NCBI RefSeq assembly: GCF_964204645.1
Contig: NC_134028.1
Span: 13,067,263 to 13,131,262 of the forward strand
Direction: 5' to 3'
Source of the DNA: Tubulanus polymorphus
Taxonomy: Eukaryota > Animalia > Nemertea
Length of the DNA stretch: 64,000 bases
Shown: piece after piece, positions 37,954 through 51,609 of the stretch
Layout: each line of letters starts with the position of its first letter
Numbering within the stretch: the stretch's first letter is position 1
Notes under the pieces: model-generated
What the model was told of the DNA's origin: nothing
Databases searched by the model: none
Seen by the model: only the letters and a program-made list of their open reading frames with translations
Translations under genes and position numbers: made by a program

Positions 37954-39483
37954 ACTAGGGGTCCATGGACACCATGCCCACTTGGGAAGTGCTTTCAATT
38001 GCTCAGCAATCTAACAATTTCAATATTCAACACCCCCCGGTGAATATATACAATAACCAATGACCTTGAAACTCACCACAATCATAGAATATGTCAGCAG
38101 CTATGATTTTTTAATTGACTGTGATAGCAAAATATGCCTCGTTACCAATTTAATATGGAAATACCAAGTTATTCTACTATTCAACGCCCCCTGGTGACCA
38201 CATGCAAAACCCAATGACCTTGATACACACCACAATCATAGAAGATGTCATGAACTACAGCTTTGCAATTCATCATGGTAACAAAATATGCCTAGGTACG
38301 AATCTAATAAGGAAATACTAAGATATTCTATTATTCAACGCCCCCTGGTGACCACATAGAATAACTAATGGCCTTAAAACTCACCACAATCATAGACGAT
38401 GTCATGAGATACAACTTTGCAATTGATTGTGGTAACAAAATATGCATAGGTACGAATATAAGATAGAAATACTAAGTTATTGTATTATTCAACGCCCCCT
38501 GGTGGCCATAAACAAAAACCAATGACCTTGAAACTCACCAAAATCATAGAACGTCATGTTATGGGCTACAACTTTCTAATTGATTGTGGTAACAAATTAT
38601 GCTTAGGTATCAATATAATATGGAAAAACTTTTTCCCACCTATGAATGAGTACTGATGATACCAAGATGGCCGCCAATTGTGTCGTAATTGGCCGATCAA
38701 AAATACCTGGCTCAGGTATAAAACATCCCTTTCCAAAGAATACCCATCACAAATTGCAATGAGAAATGACAAACCAGTAGGAAGCTACTGGACTCAGATT
38801 TTTGGGCACTAAAAAGGTCATAGGACGGCCATCTTGAGTCTGATCGACCCAATTTTTCTTACAGTGATGGCTCCTTGGGGGGTTCAAATATATACGAAAG
38901 ATAAAGGTAATTGATCTAAGCGTCTTCAAAATTTCCCTCAAAAAGTTCAAAAAGTGCTGATTTTGACGAACAACAACAGGGGCGGATCTAGAGCCCAATT
39001 TAGGGGGGGGCACCTAATAAATGTAGCTATGATGATACTCTATTGACACCGAGCGGCGTAGGCACGAGACGTTACTACGCTTCTAGAATTTTTGAAATTT
39101 AACTCTGTTTTGGGGCCATTTCCTGCATTCTGAGGCAAGAATTCGTGACAAATACTACACAGCACGGCGTTAATATTAAGCGAGTGGCGAGAGGTCGGTT
39201 GAAAAAAACGATCTTCACTTAAAGGAGGGAGGGGAGCCTGGGCCCCCCTCCCTAGATCCGCGCCTGAACAATGGCTGCCAATCGGCCATCTTGATTCTGA
39301 TAGGGCCAGTTTTTGGGCTGAAGATGTGTCTAGGGTAGATACATGTATAAACCATCAAGACATTACCTTGAAGCGTCTTCAAAACTTCCCATAATAACTG
39401 GATTCCGTCTACGGACAGACGGACGACGGACGAAAAGTGAACGCAATAGCCCACTGGGACTAAAGTCCCAACTGGGCTAAAAA
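37954..39483 (-). mobile_element. HINE-like family 3, full length, with a nested hAT-like MITE
   Basis: Four ~150-bp repeats; terminal hairpin gcccactgggactaaagtcccaactgggc. Confidence 0.8.
38977..39266. mobile_element. hAT-like MITE with 5-bp TSD (AACAA)
   Basis: caggggcggatctag..ctagatccgcgcctg; empty site aacaacaatgg at 27193. Confidence 0.8.
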
Positions 39484-39494
39484 GTGGCTTTTGG

Positions 39495-39730
39495 ACCACA
39501 CCTCACCATTGTTCGAATCTTTGAAATTACTGAAATTGGATGATACAGCTAAGTTTTCTATTGGAGAATTTATGTACTTAAATTCAAAATCAAAGCTCCC
39601 GGATGTTTTCACAAATTTCGTTAATCAGACTTACAGAATAATTATCTAAGAAACACAAATAATATTGCTTCAGAACATTTTCATACTCAATTAAAGGCCA
39701 GCTCCTTTAAAATCAAAGGACCCAAAACAA
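39495..39730 (+). pseudogene. CR1/L2-type LINE 3' fragment
   Basis: HTSPLFESLKLLKLDD..FMY..LP motif. Confidence 0.6.
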
Positions 39731-40863
39731 CTAGATGCAGCAATAACATGCACTGGATACATACATATATACAAGAGCCCCAAGGGGCACTATGGCCAGC
39801 CTGTAAGCTTTTTATAAAATAGCAAATGATGATGCATTCTATGGGTTAAATTTGTCAAAATACACTCCCAGCTCAAGATTCTAATAATTTACACAATACA
39901 ATCGTAGAATACAAAAGAATCACAGACAGCAACTGGATCTGGCAGGAACAAATACCTCAGATAAATCTTTTCCCTTGGTCTTATTGATTTTAATACGGAA
40001 TAGAATTGAATTTTCTGAAATTTGCTCAATAAAAAAAATTGAATTGGATTTGATGTTTTTATTTGTTCAATAAAGTAAAATTGAATTGGATTTGAAATTT
40101 TTTGCGGAATAAAATTTGATTGAATTTGTAGTTTGAGCACATGGCTAATTAGCATATCAAGGTCATCTATCCGATTTAAGAAAAAGCTATTTTTCCCGGA
40201 CTTTGCACCATTGTCAATGATATTTTCTGTAGTGCTAATAAATATATTCCTCCCAAAAACCAAATCAACTAATGCTTTCACAGAAATCGATCTTGAAATA
40301 CAATTTTAGATCTTAAAATAAAACCCGAAAGTAAAACGGTAGACGATACCGTGGGTTCACATGAACATCTGCTGATCTCTGCGTCTAAGCCAATGAAAGA
40401 GGAGTCTTTGCTTTCTGATTGGCTTTTCAAAACCAATATTTTTGCAATCAGATATTTGCGAAAAAGCTCATATAAATTTTAACGAGGCCCTTTTTCAAAA
40501 TTCAGCTATGTAGAGTTTGGAGAATGGATAATGCTTTAATGAATGATTTGTATGAATATATGCTCAGTAGCACAGTAAAAGAGCCTTTGCTCTGGAAACC
40601 ATGTCATTTAAATTCGCTCCATTTGTATAGTAATAGGCTCAGCCTACGGCTGGCCTAATAAATATAATATTTTGAGTGAATGTGAGAGTGAATGTTGTTT
40701 TGGGAAGGGAAAGGATAAGGTTTCAGAGCATATAAGCCTCTAGCTTTTTCTGAAACCTTGCTGATTTATTAGAGTTATTATAAATGTAACCATTTTGTAC
40801 TTAACGTAACTTAGAAAGCGTATTACAATTTTATAATTAACTGTCATCTATTCAGGAATAAAG

Positions 40864-40895
<32 letters not shown>
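40864..40895. repeat. (AAT)n microsatellite
   Basis: Direct observation. Confidence 0.9.
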
Positions 40896-40897
<2 letters not shown>

Positions 40898-42105
40898 TAA
40901 CTTTTACGAGATTAGTAGAATTAAGAAAAAGTAAAAATTCAATTAGAAAAACTTTTTTACGCCGCAATAACATTCAGTTTTGATGGAATGCGCAACATTT
41001 TTGAATGAAAAAATTTTAAGAAAATACAACTATGAACAGCCAACAACTATCTACTTCAGTTGAAACCTCAGGATTTATAGCATCTTATTGCAGACTTAAC
41101 CCTATCAAGTACTGTTTAAATCCTAAAAGAAAATAAAACAAGAGGACTTCTAAGTCCTGGGGTTTGAAGAAGCAAAGTCTGATGTACAAATTATAAATCA
41201 CATAAAAGAAAGGCAAATTATGAAAAGAAATTGATATTCCATTAGAGAAGTTTGCTTACAAAAATTAAATTTGTTTTCCATTAGAGAAGTTTGCTTAAAA
41301 AAATTAAATTTGTTTTCCGTTTGCATTGCGCACGTGGTAAATGATGCTTTGTAATTATATTAAGGTGTAATAAAGTTATTTTGAATTTGAATTGTTTACA
41401 TCTGACGTGATCGATAAAATGAGGCGCGCAGCTGAGCTTGCCTGTCAATCAACATAATTGGTTTACACTAAAAATACGCTTATCAATTTTCGATGCTAAA
41501 TACCTTACTTTAAAGGTTTATTTGGTGTAAATCGGATCACAAATATTTCTTATATTTTGTTTTTAACTTTTGAAGTGGAAGCCGGTGTCAGCATCAACGT
41601 GTGTATGGCTGTACGCAGGGGCGTTGAATCGGTAACTTTTCGGGTTTTGAGTTTTCATTTTGTGTTCTCAGAGGTTTGGGAAAGCTGTCAACGTTTCATG
41701 TACTAGTTTTAAAATTCTGAAATCACGTGAAGATATTGCAACATGGTTGATGGGGAAATATTAAATTACTGGCATACTCAGTGAGTATTTTATACTATTT
41801 GCAGTGTTAATTTAGTAGATTATGGTGTAATAACATAAGAGAATATTCCGTAGTATAAGAGTATAACATAAATCAGTGAAATAGAGAAGTAATTCCATTA
41901 AATTAAGGCGAAATATTATGATGCAAGATAAAGGTTTATTTTGTATTGCGCAATCTAGAAATAGCTCAGATACTATAAGTTTGTATTATTTGTTTACAGA
42001 TTTGAATCGTCCAAAATCCGTTGAACAAAGAAACATCAATTTGATATCCGGAGTTTGTTATTTGTCGGACGTATTCAAAAGCCACCACTTGAAACCCCAT
42101 CGAGC

Positions 42106-43046
42106 CAGGCGTAGCCACCTAAAATTCAATGGTGCGGCAATCCGGAGTGCACATCCAAACGAGCGCCGAAGGCGCGTTATCTTAAAGGGGGTTGGACGGC
42201 CCTCCCCCAAGAAAATTTTGAACATTAAAACGTCTGAGATGCGTTCTGATGGCTATGAGAGCTCATATTTGAATAATTTTTCTGTAGATAATATAATGCA
42301 TCTAAGGTTATCTTTGGTCTAGGTATGGATCCAGGTGTTTCACCATCCCAGAGCGGTTTCTGAGTCCTGCTGAACTGGAAGGGCAACTATATCATAGCTC
42401 AAAACGGGGGACCTGGGGGCACTCCCCCAGAAAATTTAGATTTTTCAAGGCTCTGAGATGCAATCTTTAAGCACATTTGGGGCATAAAGTCTATCCCCCT
42501 TGAAGTTGATTATTTTCGTTTAGATTCATTTTCTATACTACTTCCTGAATACTTGCCCAGAATAAAACATTCATGTTAGTACAAGAGCCTGTCAAAATCA
42601 CGAACTAGAAAAATAGAAGGGCAAACCTGAGTACCCCTCGATACAAGTGGTAGGCTGGATCTGCCCTTGACCATTTATTGATGAATAGTAACCTAATGTT
42701 AGCTTATTATACATCAATACCGGTACTCTCTCGATTTTCTCGGTTTCCATGTCTCGGCACTTGAGCAGAATTTTTTTGGTCAAATCCCTTATGATGGTCC
42801 ATTTTTCATGAACAAAAAACACCTACAGAATCAGTGAAATACAACCAGGAGAATACCGGTTTGAGTCGCTCTAAAGTAATATGAAAAAAATAACAACGCC
42901 TCCGTATTAGCACCACTATCTTCAAAAGAACTTGATACCCCCATGTAAATACAGAATAACGTTTATTATGACGTTTTAGCATAATGGGTTTTTCAATTAT
43001 TGGCGCAACATATGCCGCAGTTGTCACACCGGTGGCTACGCCCCTG
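42106..43046. mobile_element. hAT-like non-autonomous element
   Basis: Termini caggcgtagccacc / ggtggctacgcccctg; internal gcgccgaaggcgc and ccccagaaaattt motifs; TSD not evident. Confidence 0.55.
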
Positions 43047-44269
43047 GTACGTACGGTTACAGGCGCTTTAACCGGCTCAGCTTTGATGGTGTATTTATGC
43101 GCGAGTAGATGTAATGATTTGTTTTAACCAACTGCTAAATCGGCGTTCATTACGCATGATTTTAGAAAATGATATTATTCAGAGTATTTGAATATATCTA
43201 TCATGATAATTATAATATTCTTAAGACAAGTGAATTACGTATGTGGACCTATTTCATTGAGGCATATCTCTCGATCTGAAAAAAAAATCTTCCGATCCTG
43301 TCACGTGACTTCATGACTGCAACTTGACGATAGCTTAGGTTCTCATTCTTCGAACCAACTATGAGCTGCCAACAACTATCTACTTCAGTTGAGATCTTTG
43401 TTTCTATAGCTGGTTAACCCTTTTAAAAACTTTTAATATTCTAAAAGAAAATAAAGATGTGTATTGTTTTAGTCCTTCCACAAGCATAGTTAACCGCAAC
43501 TATAGGCTACTATGCACAAAGTACGAGTGTGTCAAGTTTAGGGGAAATATCATCGAGAATAACAAAGATAAGGTGTTTTTGCCATTCCCTAGTGGCAGTT
43601 GTATGAACTTATCTTGCCGGTCAGCGAACTATACATATGTACATGTACTCACACCAGGTTTTTTTATTTCTATAATAAAATGACTAAATTACATGTGGAA
43701 AATGGATGCTAGAATCAGTTTTCAAAATTTACGCCGCCTAGTGGTTAAAATAGGAACTAATTATGTGAGGGTTCGTTGAATTTTATATCCAGGCACATGT
43801 GCATCAATTTTCATAGAAATCCCTTTATTCGCTTAGTAGATATCAATGAAAATGCCTTTCCAGCAACTTGTAGGTGGTGCTCCTGGAAAACCATGTGAGT
43901 TACCAACTTAAACCACACAGCAATACAACTGTCTTGTAAAGGGCTACTATCCACACATTGCAACCACTATTCTATCGCCAACGGTTAAGGAACTAGGAGC
44001 AAAAAACGTTGTTTTCACAGTCTCCTTGTGGCAGTTGTATGAACTAATCATGCAGGTTGACATATTACTCGGATGTCTATTAACTTATGCGTCTGATGCG
44101 TACAAGTCTGTACGGGTGAGGGGGGTTATATTATTTGTTGTACGTACCCTAATATGTCATCCGTAAAACATTTTATGCATACATAATGCATGGAATTTAA
44201 TGCATACATAACGAATGGAATTTTAAGTATACGTAATAAATGAATGGTCCCTCTGACAAAAAATGTGTT

Positions 44270-44660
44270 GCGTGAAAACAATTTTGTTTAAATGAATGGT
44301 AAAATGAAAACAATTTTGTTTGATCGACCAATATAGCTCTTGTAGAAACGTAAAACTTTTTACAATATACTTGTTTCAACAAAAAAATGTGTTGTGCAAA
44401 AAAAATTTTGTTCAAATGAAAGTTAAAATGAAAACAATTCTGTTCAATCGAACAATATAACTTTTGTAGAAACCTAAAACTTTTTACAATATACTTGTTT
44501 GAACGAAAAAAATTTGTTGTGCAAAAACAATTTTGTCAAACGAAAGTTAAAATTAAAACAATTCTGTTTGATTGAACAATATAACTTTTGCAGAAACGTA
44601 AAACTTTTAACAATATACTTGTTTGAACAAAAAACATAATGTTCTGATAAGAAAATTTTG
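44270..44660. repeat. ~124-bp tandem repeat, about 3 copies
   Basis: aaaacaatt.tgtt..at.ga.caatata..tttgtagaaac.taaaacttttt repeated at ~44307, 44431, 44556. Confidence 0.8.
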
Positions 44661-45422
44661 TTCGAAAAAAAAAATGGCTACTGGAAAACCTACCTACTTA
44701 AACCATACATCAATACAAGTGTATTGTAAAGGGCTACTGACCACACATTGCAACCACGATTCTATCGCCAACGGTTAGGGAACACGGAGCAAAAATCATT
44801 GTTTTCACAGTCCCCTCGTGGCAGTTGTATGAACTAATCATGCAGGTTGGCATATTACAAGGATGCCTCTGTACTTATACCTCGGTACGATTTTCGTAAT
44901 GAATAGAACGTATTACATGCGAAAAACGGATGCTGAAATTAGCTTTTGAAATTTATGCCCCCCAGCAGTTAGAATAGGAACTTTTTATGTGAGGGGTTCG
45001 GAACACTCTGATCGAACAATGTACTTGTTCGAACGAAAAACTTAATGTTCCAACAGGAACATTTTGTTCCAATGAAAACGATTCTGTTCGATCGAACAAT
45101 ATACGTTCGGACCAAAAAAATGATTTCAAATGAAAACAATTGTGTTCGAATGATTTTTTCGGCCATCTTGGAAGTCAAGTCATGATATTTGCGATTGATC
45201 GTAGAAACGCATTTACGAGCACCGATTCTCGCGATCGATTTCTCGATTGGCGATTTTACGAACACGATTTTCCGATCGATTATTGATCGATTATCGAGCG
45301 AGTTTGTGATTTGATTTACAAGATGGCGGCACCGGTACAAGTACTTTTGGTTGGAACTAAAGAATTTTTTTGTTGCGATGAAAAAATAAAAAATTATCGA
45401 GCGAAGGTGTTTGAACTAACAA

Positions 45423-45718
45423 AGGCGTTTTTACGAGCATCCAATTTTTGCAATCGATTTCGTGAACGATTTGCTCTGATCATGCAATCGCTTCGCACAT
45501 TCGTAATAATGCCGATTGTTTAGGCTAATCACATGAACTAAACATGGTGACGATCATATGACGATTGTATCTTTATCAACTACCCGGTGCCACCATCGAT
45601 AATCGATCGGAAAATCGTGTTTGTAAAAATGCCAATCGTGAAATCGATCGCAAAAATCGGTGCTCGTAAATGCGTTTCTACCTTCAATCGCAAAAATCAG
45701 ATGCTCTTAAAAACGCCT
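45423..45718. mobile_element. MITE with TIR aggcgtttttacgagcatc / gatgctcttaaaaacgcct; inverted related fragment at ~45189-45290
   Basis: TIRs and apparent CAA duplication; 45189-45287 is the reverse complement of 45595-45694. Confidence 0.6.
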
Positions 45719-45964
45719 CAAAGATCCTTTCATTCGGGGCTCCCTAGTAACTAAGTCATCAGGAATTAATAAAATACCAGTTTCATAAATGATGAAAAAC
45801 TCAAATGAGATGTCTGGTTTATAAAGCTGTCCGCTCAGACGAAATTTTCAAAAAGTCTTCATTTTTGCCAGTAAAATGTCATTGATAATTGTGATTGATA
45901 ATTGCAAATCAGAACCAGTGAATCACTAATACCATTCTAATAAATCTGATTCCTCCTTTACAGA

Positions 45965-47375
45965 GAACCTAGCTTAACCTAGTAGGCCTATGTATATGCG
46001 TAAGCCTAGCATTCGGACAGAATGGGCTTAGGCCTATTGAATTTCAACCTCCTAAACGTCGTATTCCTACACCTCATTCGACAGGGATAGGTCTCAGGAG
46101 TATTCAATTCATAAAATCAATTTTATTTTTGGATTATGAAGACAGAAATCTTTTGTACATCGCAGCAATGTTGCTGGATTTTTTAATTAGGGTTTTCTGT
46201 TATTTCACAGAAAACCCTATTGATATCCGCGCGATTATTATTATTATTATTTTCTTCCACACTATTTTTACTAAAATAACAAAGGCTTTGTTACCTTGCC
46301 GCTCTTGTCGATACAATCCGTCTGATATCATTCAGCTCACTTCGATCTACAAATACTCCGTGAGAATTTTCTTGTCAGAACATTAAGTTTTTCGTTCGAA
46401 CAAGTATATTGTAAAAAGTTTTTTCTCCGAACCAAAAGTATTAAGTATTTTGTTCAATCGAACAGAATTGTTTTCATTCAAACATTCGTTCGAAAAAATT
46501 GTTTTCGCTCAACCAAATTTTTTTGCCGGGACAAAGAGTTTTTCATTTCAACAATAACATAGCTTTCAGAATGAAGAAAAGTTTCGGTTCAAACAAAAAG
46601 CGCACAAGATTTTCTTGTCGGATCATTAAGTTTTTTGGTCGGACAGCGTGTTAAGGTCGTTTTGGAAATTTACTCGGTCTGGTATATTTTGGATTACTGT
46701 TTATGTCATTTGTCAGGACATTAAACAGAAGACGACGTAGGATACTACCTTGCGTGACTCCACTAGTTAGACCGACTTATTCCATTGATTTCAGCTACAA
46801 GTTTTCGTTCAGAGATAATTCTGAGCCATTTCGGCAACCTATCATTGATACTGTTTCCTAATAGCCTTGTTTAGTAATGGCTGATGTTGTACCATATCAA
46901 ATGCTTTGTTGAAATCATAAAGAGTAATTATCGCCTAACAGTCGATTTTCCAGAGTCAAATAGGACATCAAGTCCAGATGTCCATGGTTTCAAGAAGGTC
47001 TAATTGACTGTTTGTCGAGCTTCCTCTTATGAAACTGTGTTAACCATTGAACAGGATTCAAAGACAGTACAGAAAACCTGTTATCGCTGCTTTGCAGCTA
47101 TATTTTTGTTTTGAAATTCAATTCACGAGTCCGTAAATAATCACAACAATTATAATGTGTTTGTTTGAGACAGTAAAGCTCAGTAGGCCTAAAGGTCGCG
47201 TACAACTCGATGAATACTTCAAGCGACCTAGAAACGATCTCCTATCCCCTCTAATAAGGGTGTGTAACTGTTAAAATTACTGCTTGAAGACCGCGGCTGA
47301 ATGTGAAGTCTTGCGGTAACAAATTTGTTTATTCATACTTGAATTGATAATTGAAGTGACGAGCTGCCTGCCGAG
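45965..47375 (-). mobile_element. Diverged minus-strand fragment of HINE family 1 interrupted by a plus-strand copy
   Basis: 45972-46062 is the reverse complement of ~17420-17530; 47270-47370 is the reverse complement of ~11700-11795. Confidence 0.6.
46186..47105 (+). mobile_element. HINE family 1, short (~0.9 kb) satellite-free copy
   Basis: Same 5' hairpin head and 3' cagaaaacctgttatcgctgctttgcagctatattt end. Confidence 0.85.
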
Positions 47376-49500
47376 TGGCGTCCCTGAGTGATGTCCGATT
47401 CCCGTAACTGAAGGTAGATACCGGTAACCAGTCTAACTTGGATCTATGCGACTCCAATGACAACTAATCGTTCCGCATAACACCCTCAAATTGAGTATAG
47501 CATATGAATTATTCTATGTTACGATATTGAGAAAAGAAACAATAAAGTACACAATTTGAATTTGATTGTTCGGGATTTTAACAGTAGGCAACATACTCCT
47601 AGGAAACATACTGTTAGCTGTTCAGAGGGTTGAAGTGGTTAAACTGTGAGGATCAGATGAAAAACCCGTGCAGTATTTGTCAATGCAACGAAGTACTTGT
47701 GATAAAATATGGTTTCATTGAGAATGGAAGTGAGTGAAAGTAGTTTATACATTTTCAGTAAGATCAAGTGTGAAAATGTAAATAATAACAAGAGGCCCAT
47801 GGGCCTTGAAGCACTGGTAGATTATACTGTGGTATTAAGTGGTTATAATGTTTTACATCTGCCGGCAAATCTTCTATGACGATGTTGATTGGGAGGACCA
47901 CAGACTTAAAGGTCTATTTGTCTAGTTCGATTCTATTCCTGAAAATGAATTTATTTTCTGCCGAACGATTTAGCCAAGGCTATTTGTACTGTTAAACCTC
48001 ATTAATGCGATTCTGTTAAAAAGACGAAACTAGTTTATTCTGATGTTTTCCATCATGTCCCAGCCAAGATATTTATATCAATCAAGATTTGGATACAAAA
48101 ACCCATTTTTACACATGAACTGTTAGGCCCCACTGAATAATGAAAACAAAAACAGAACGATTTATCTGAATGCAATTGCAAGATCGTCTGATCTTAGAGC
48201 TCCAAGCTCTGATTGATGCATGTAAGCATGCAAAACATCGCAGAGAGCGATACCGGCGTTGGTGTCACTGGGGCCGGCTGATGATTGTTTGTTTGTCTTT
48301 TTGTTTGTTTGGCTTTACGTACGTCGTTTGGATCTTGGTTTCCCAAGACTATTCCTATTGGATCGTTCATTTAACCTCACGACGGTACGGCATTTGAAGT
48401 GTTGCCTGCACACTGTTCGCAACCAGCAGGACTCGGACCCACTTTTAACTCAGCATTGATAGTGGATTCAACAGCATCACGCCTTATCTCACTGAGCTAC
48501 CGAGGCTGCTCGATTCAATACCGAAAAACAACAGCAGCGGCAAATAACCATCGCAATATGGTAATTTACAACAAACAACGCGTAAATTCAATCACTGCTG
48601 TTTAACGCATGGAAAAGATAATAAAAGGTATTTTTTCCCGGCGCGCATTACAAAGCGAATCTCTGCCGAGTGCGTAAGAGGGTGCTACCGCCTTATGAGT
48701 GCGCAGCAGGCGGGTAGGGCGTCCTAAAAAGAAAACTTATATTAGAATATAGCCGAATCGAATTTTACAATGTCAGTCAACTGATTGATAATACAACATG
48801 GTTGTTCTCGGCGTACTTAACAATGATATTTTCCTCCAATAAACCACTCTGGTAAAATTGAATGAAATGATCTATCTTTATTGGTGATATCGTATCATGG
48901 TGGTAGCCTACCGTTTACCGTTCGGTGTTTCGTGTCATCATGAAATGGTTTTAACTTTAGTAAAGGCGTTCCCGCACGATCACATACGGGTTTCAGTCAC
49001 GAGTAGGCTGCCGTTCCACTTTTCTAGAAATACGTATTCTGACGCTGAGAATTAATCCCAAATAATCCCATGGATACTGATAGTTGGAATAACAGTGATA
49101 TCCAAACACTATGATATTTATAAACTGGAGGTACATAATTTTATGTTTTTCTATTCATAAGAGGCTGTTCCCCATTCTTTACTGCCAATGTCAATGCGGG
49201 CATATCGCTACGCGATTGTTTAACCCGCTCTCATCTACCAGATAATGAACGAGAAAAATGCGATCGAATAACTTTTTGGACCATTAAATCAGAAATTTGT
49301 CGACGCTATGTTGTGGGGAATAATTGAAACATTTTTTTTAGTCATTTTCAGCTGTTTCTAATGTTTTACGCGAACGGAGTGACAATTTGAAGTTACTATG
49401 AAAATGAGAAGAGTCGGCGCTATTTTTCGTACTACTATTTTCGATCCATTTTACTAGCATTGGTATGACGTCATAGACGTCAACCAATGCCAATAATAAT

Positions 49501-50995
49501 AAATGTAGCTGCAAGCAGCGATAACGGTTTCTGCCTTTCTGGATAGAATGTCATTCAGCGATGCGAGCAAAGATTTCACCCGAAATCAGTTCGTTACATT
49601 CCGTTTTTTTGAAAGAATGCCACCTAGGGGTCAACTCACAACATGGATATGTTGACCTACATGTGCTACAACGCGCATGTGCTACTACGCGCAAAGTACT
49701 AATGTGCCAGGTTTTGGGGGAAATGACATCGAGAAGAAAGAAGCTACCGTGTTTTTACCATTCCCTAGTGACAGTGCATATTCAGTTATCATTAGTTCCG
49801 AAAAAGAGTTGACTAGATAAGTAAACCAATTTTCCTCTGCGCACACCCGAAAACTGTAATATTCATCAACAAGTTGATGCTGACAGTAAACGGAAGAAGA
49901 AACCGAATTTGGCCCAAAGCACAAATTTGGCCTATTAGGGTGAACTATGCAGGAGGGAAGGCCTTATAGTGTTACTATTAGTAGAGGAGTGACAAGTCAG
50001 TCTGACAAGTCAAGCGATGAGATGGGGACTACAATTCACATATGAAATATGACGACCAATAACCATTATAAAAACATAATCACGAACGGTACCATCACTC
50101 CCCATTACTGACTGTCACTGGTCTCTGGCTAGCATCATTCTTTATCGGTGCAGTGGGTAGGTATTTTCAACTGACTTTGTTCTTCTATGACATTACCATC
50201 GCCGCTGCGTCACGATGTGATGTACATGTACAAGGGACCTCCAATTTGTAATGTATGTGATGTATAAACTGACTTAAGACCGTTTAATATTGACGATAAC
50301 AAGGTATCACCGACGCTGACATTTTCTGACGCTAACTAGTATGACCGGCCTTTTGGACCGGACCGATTTAATTCAATTAAGAAAACGCATACCGGTACAA
50401 TAAATAAATAAACCGCTGTTGATTTTTCGAAGTATTGATATCCACGAACAAAACTATACTATTATAGAATGTTTAATATTATAGAATGCTTTTAATAACA
50501 GTATGAATAACAGTATGAAACTTACTTCACAAAGAAGGAAGTACATTTTTAACTTGTGAATGGTCGAACCCCAGTTATTCACAGTAACCTGTGATTTGGA
50601 TATCCTCGGAGCCTTCCTTCTTTATTTATTTATGAAATGACGTCACAAACTTTCAGTTTCGCGCCAGTGTGCGCGCCATGATTGATGATTGCTATTTCCA
50701 CCGGTGTTATCTTTAAGTAACTTCAAGTTAAAAATAGGAAGCACAGTACATCCATAGAAACTAAGCACAGAAATAGACTGTTATATTATTATCAGAGTTT
50801 AACATTTCGTTTCAAAGTTGTTAGTAGTCAAATCTAATAGAAGATGATTTTTATGTGACGAAACTCAGTGGAAAATATGTTAAAATAATAATCAGCAGGA
50901 ATCCAATAGGGTTTCTGCCGAGGCAGCAGAAACCCTAATAATAATAATCAGTACAATTACAATAGGGTTTCTGCGAAAGCAGCATAAACCCTAAT
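49501..50995 (-). mobile_element. Related HINE on the minus strand with two stacked 5' heads
   Basis: aaatgtagctgcaagcagcgataacggtttctg (reverse-complement 3' end); two caatagggtttctg..aaaccctaat hairpins at 50904 and 50960. Confidence 0.7.
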
Positions 50996-51484
50996 GAGTG
51001 TAATCCGTTGACCTAGCAACTCATAGCGGCTTATTTTCAAGAAAATTACATACCATTCATAGTGGTTACAATGCAAACAAGAAAATCAATATGTCCACTG
51101 TGGTAGCCATATTGTGTAAACAGGAAAGCTATCCATGAATGTACTCTATTGCACCTAGCAAGTTTAAAAGAAATCGCAAGTTATTTGAAGCGTGTAGAGT
51201 GCCAACGAGAAATGCATGGTGTCTGCCATGGCAGCTGTACTGGGAAAGCAAGAAAGCTGATTTTCAATAGGTGTAATCTATGGACCTACCTACCCTAATA
51301 CATATAGACCAAGTTTAAAAGAAAATGCTAACAAGTGGAGTGTTTAGAGCGCTAACAAATTCAAGATGTCTGCCATGGTGGCCATATGGGATGAGAAAGC
51401 TGAGTTTTGATAGGTTTCAGCCATGGATCTGCTGAGTAAAATTAAATTGCACCCGGTAAATACTGTGAAATAATTACTACTAAC

Positions 51485-51609
51485 CGGTGTACTTTTTCTG
51501 GCAGTTGATCTCAAAGCTGGGGGATCATTCCAGGCAACATCTGGCCTCGATTCCATGTATGATGGTATATTATGTAAAGGAACAGATTGAGATAGATGAG
51601 TTTGATCTC
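51485..51609 (-). CDS. SEC31: SEC31 exon: GDQTHLSQSVPLHNIPSYMESRPDVAWNDPPALRSTARKSTP
   Basis: acttttttcag acceptor, gttagt donor, 125 bp, phase 1-0; contains the WNDPPAL motif of SEC31. Confidence 0.85.

Noticed and set aside
48170-48605. Short ORFs with a hydrophobic tail
   Set aside because: No recognisable motif or splice support
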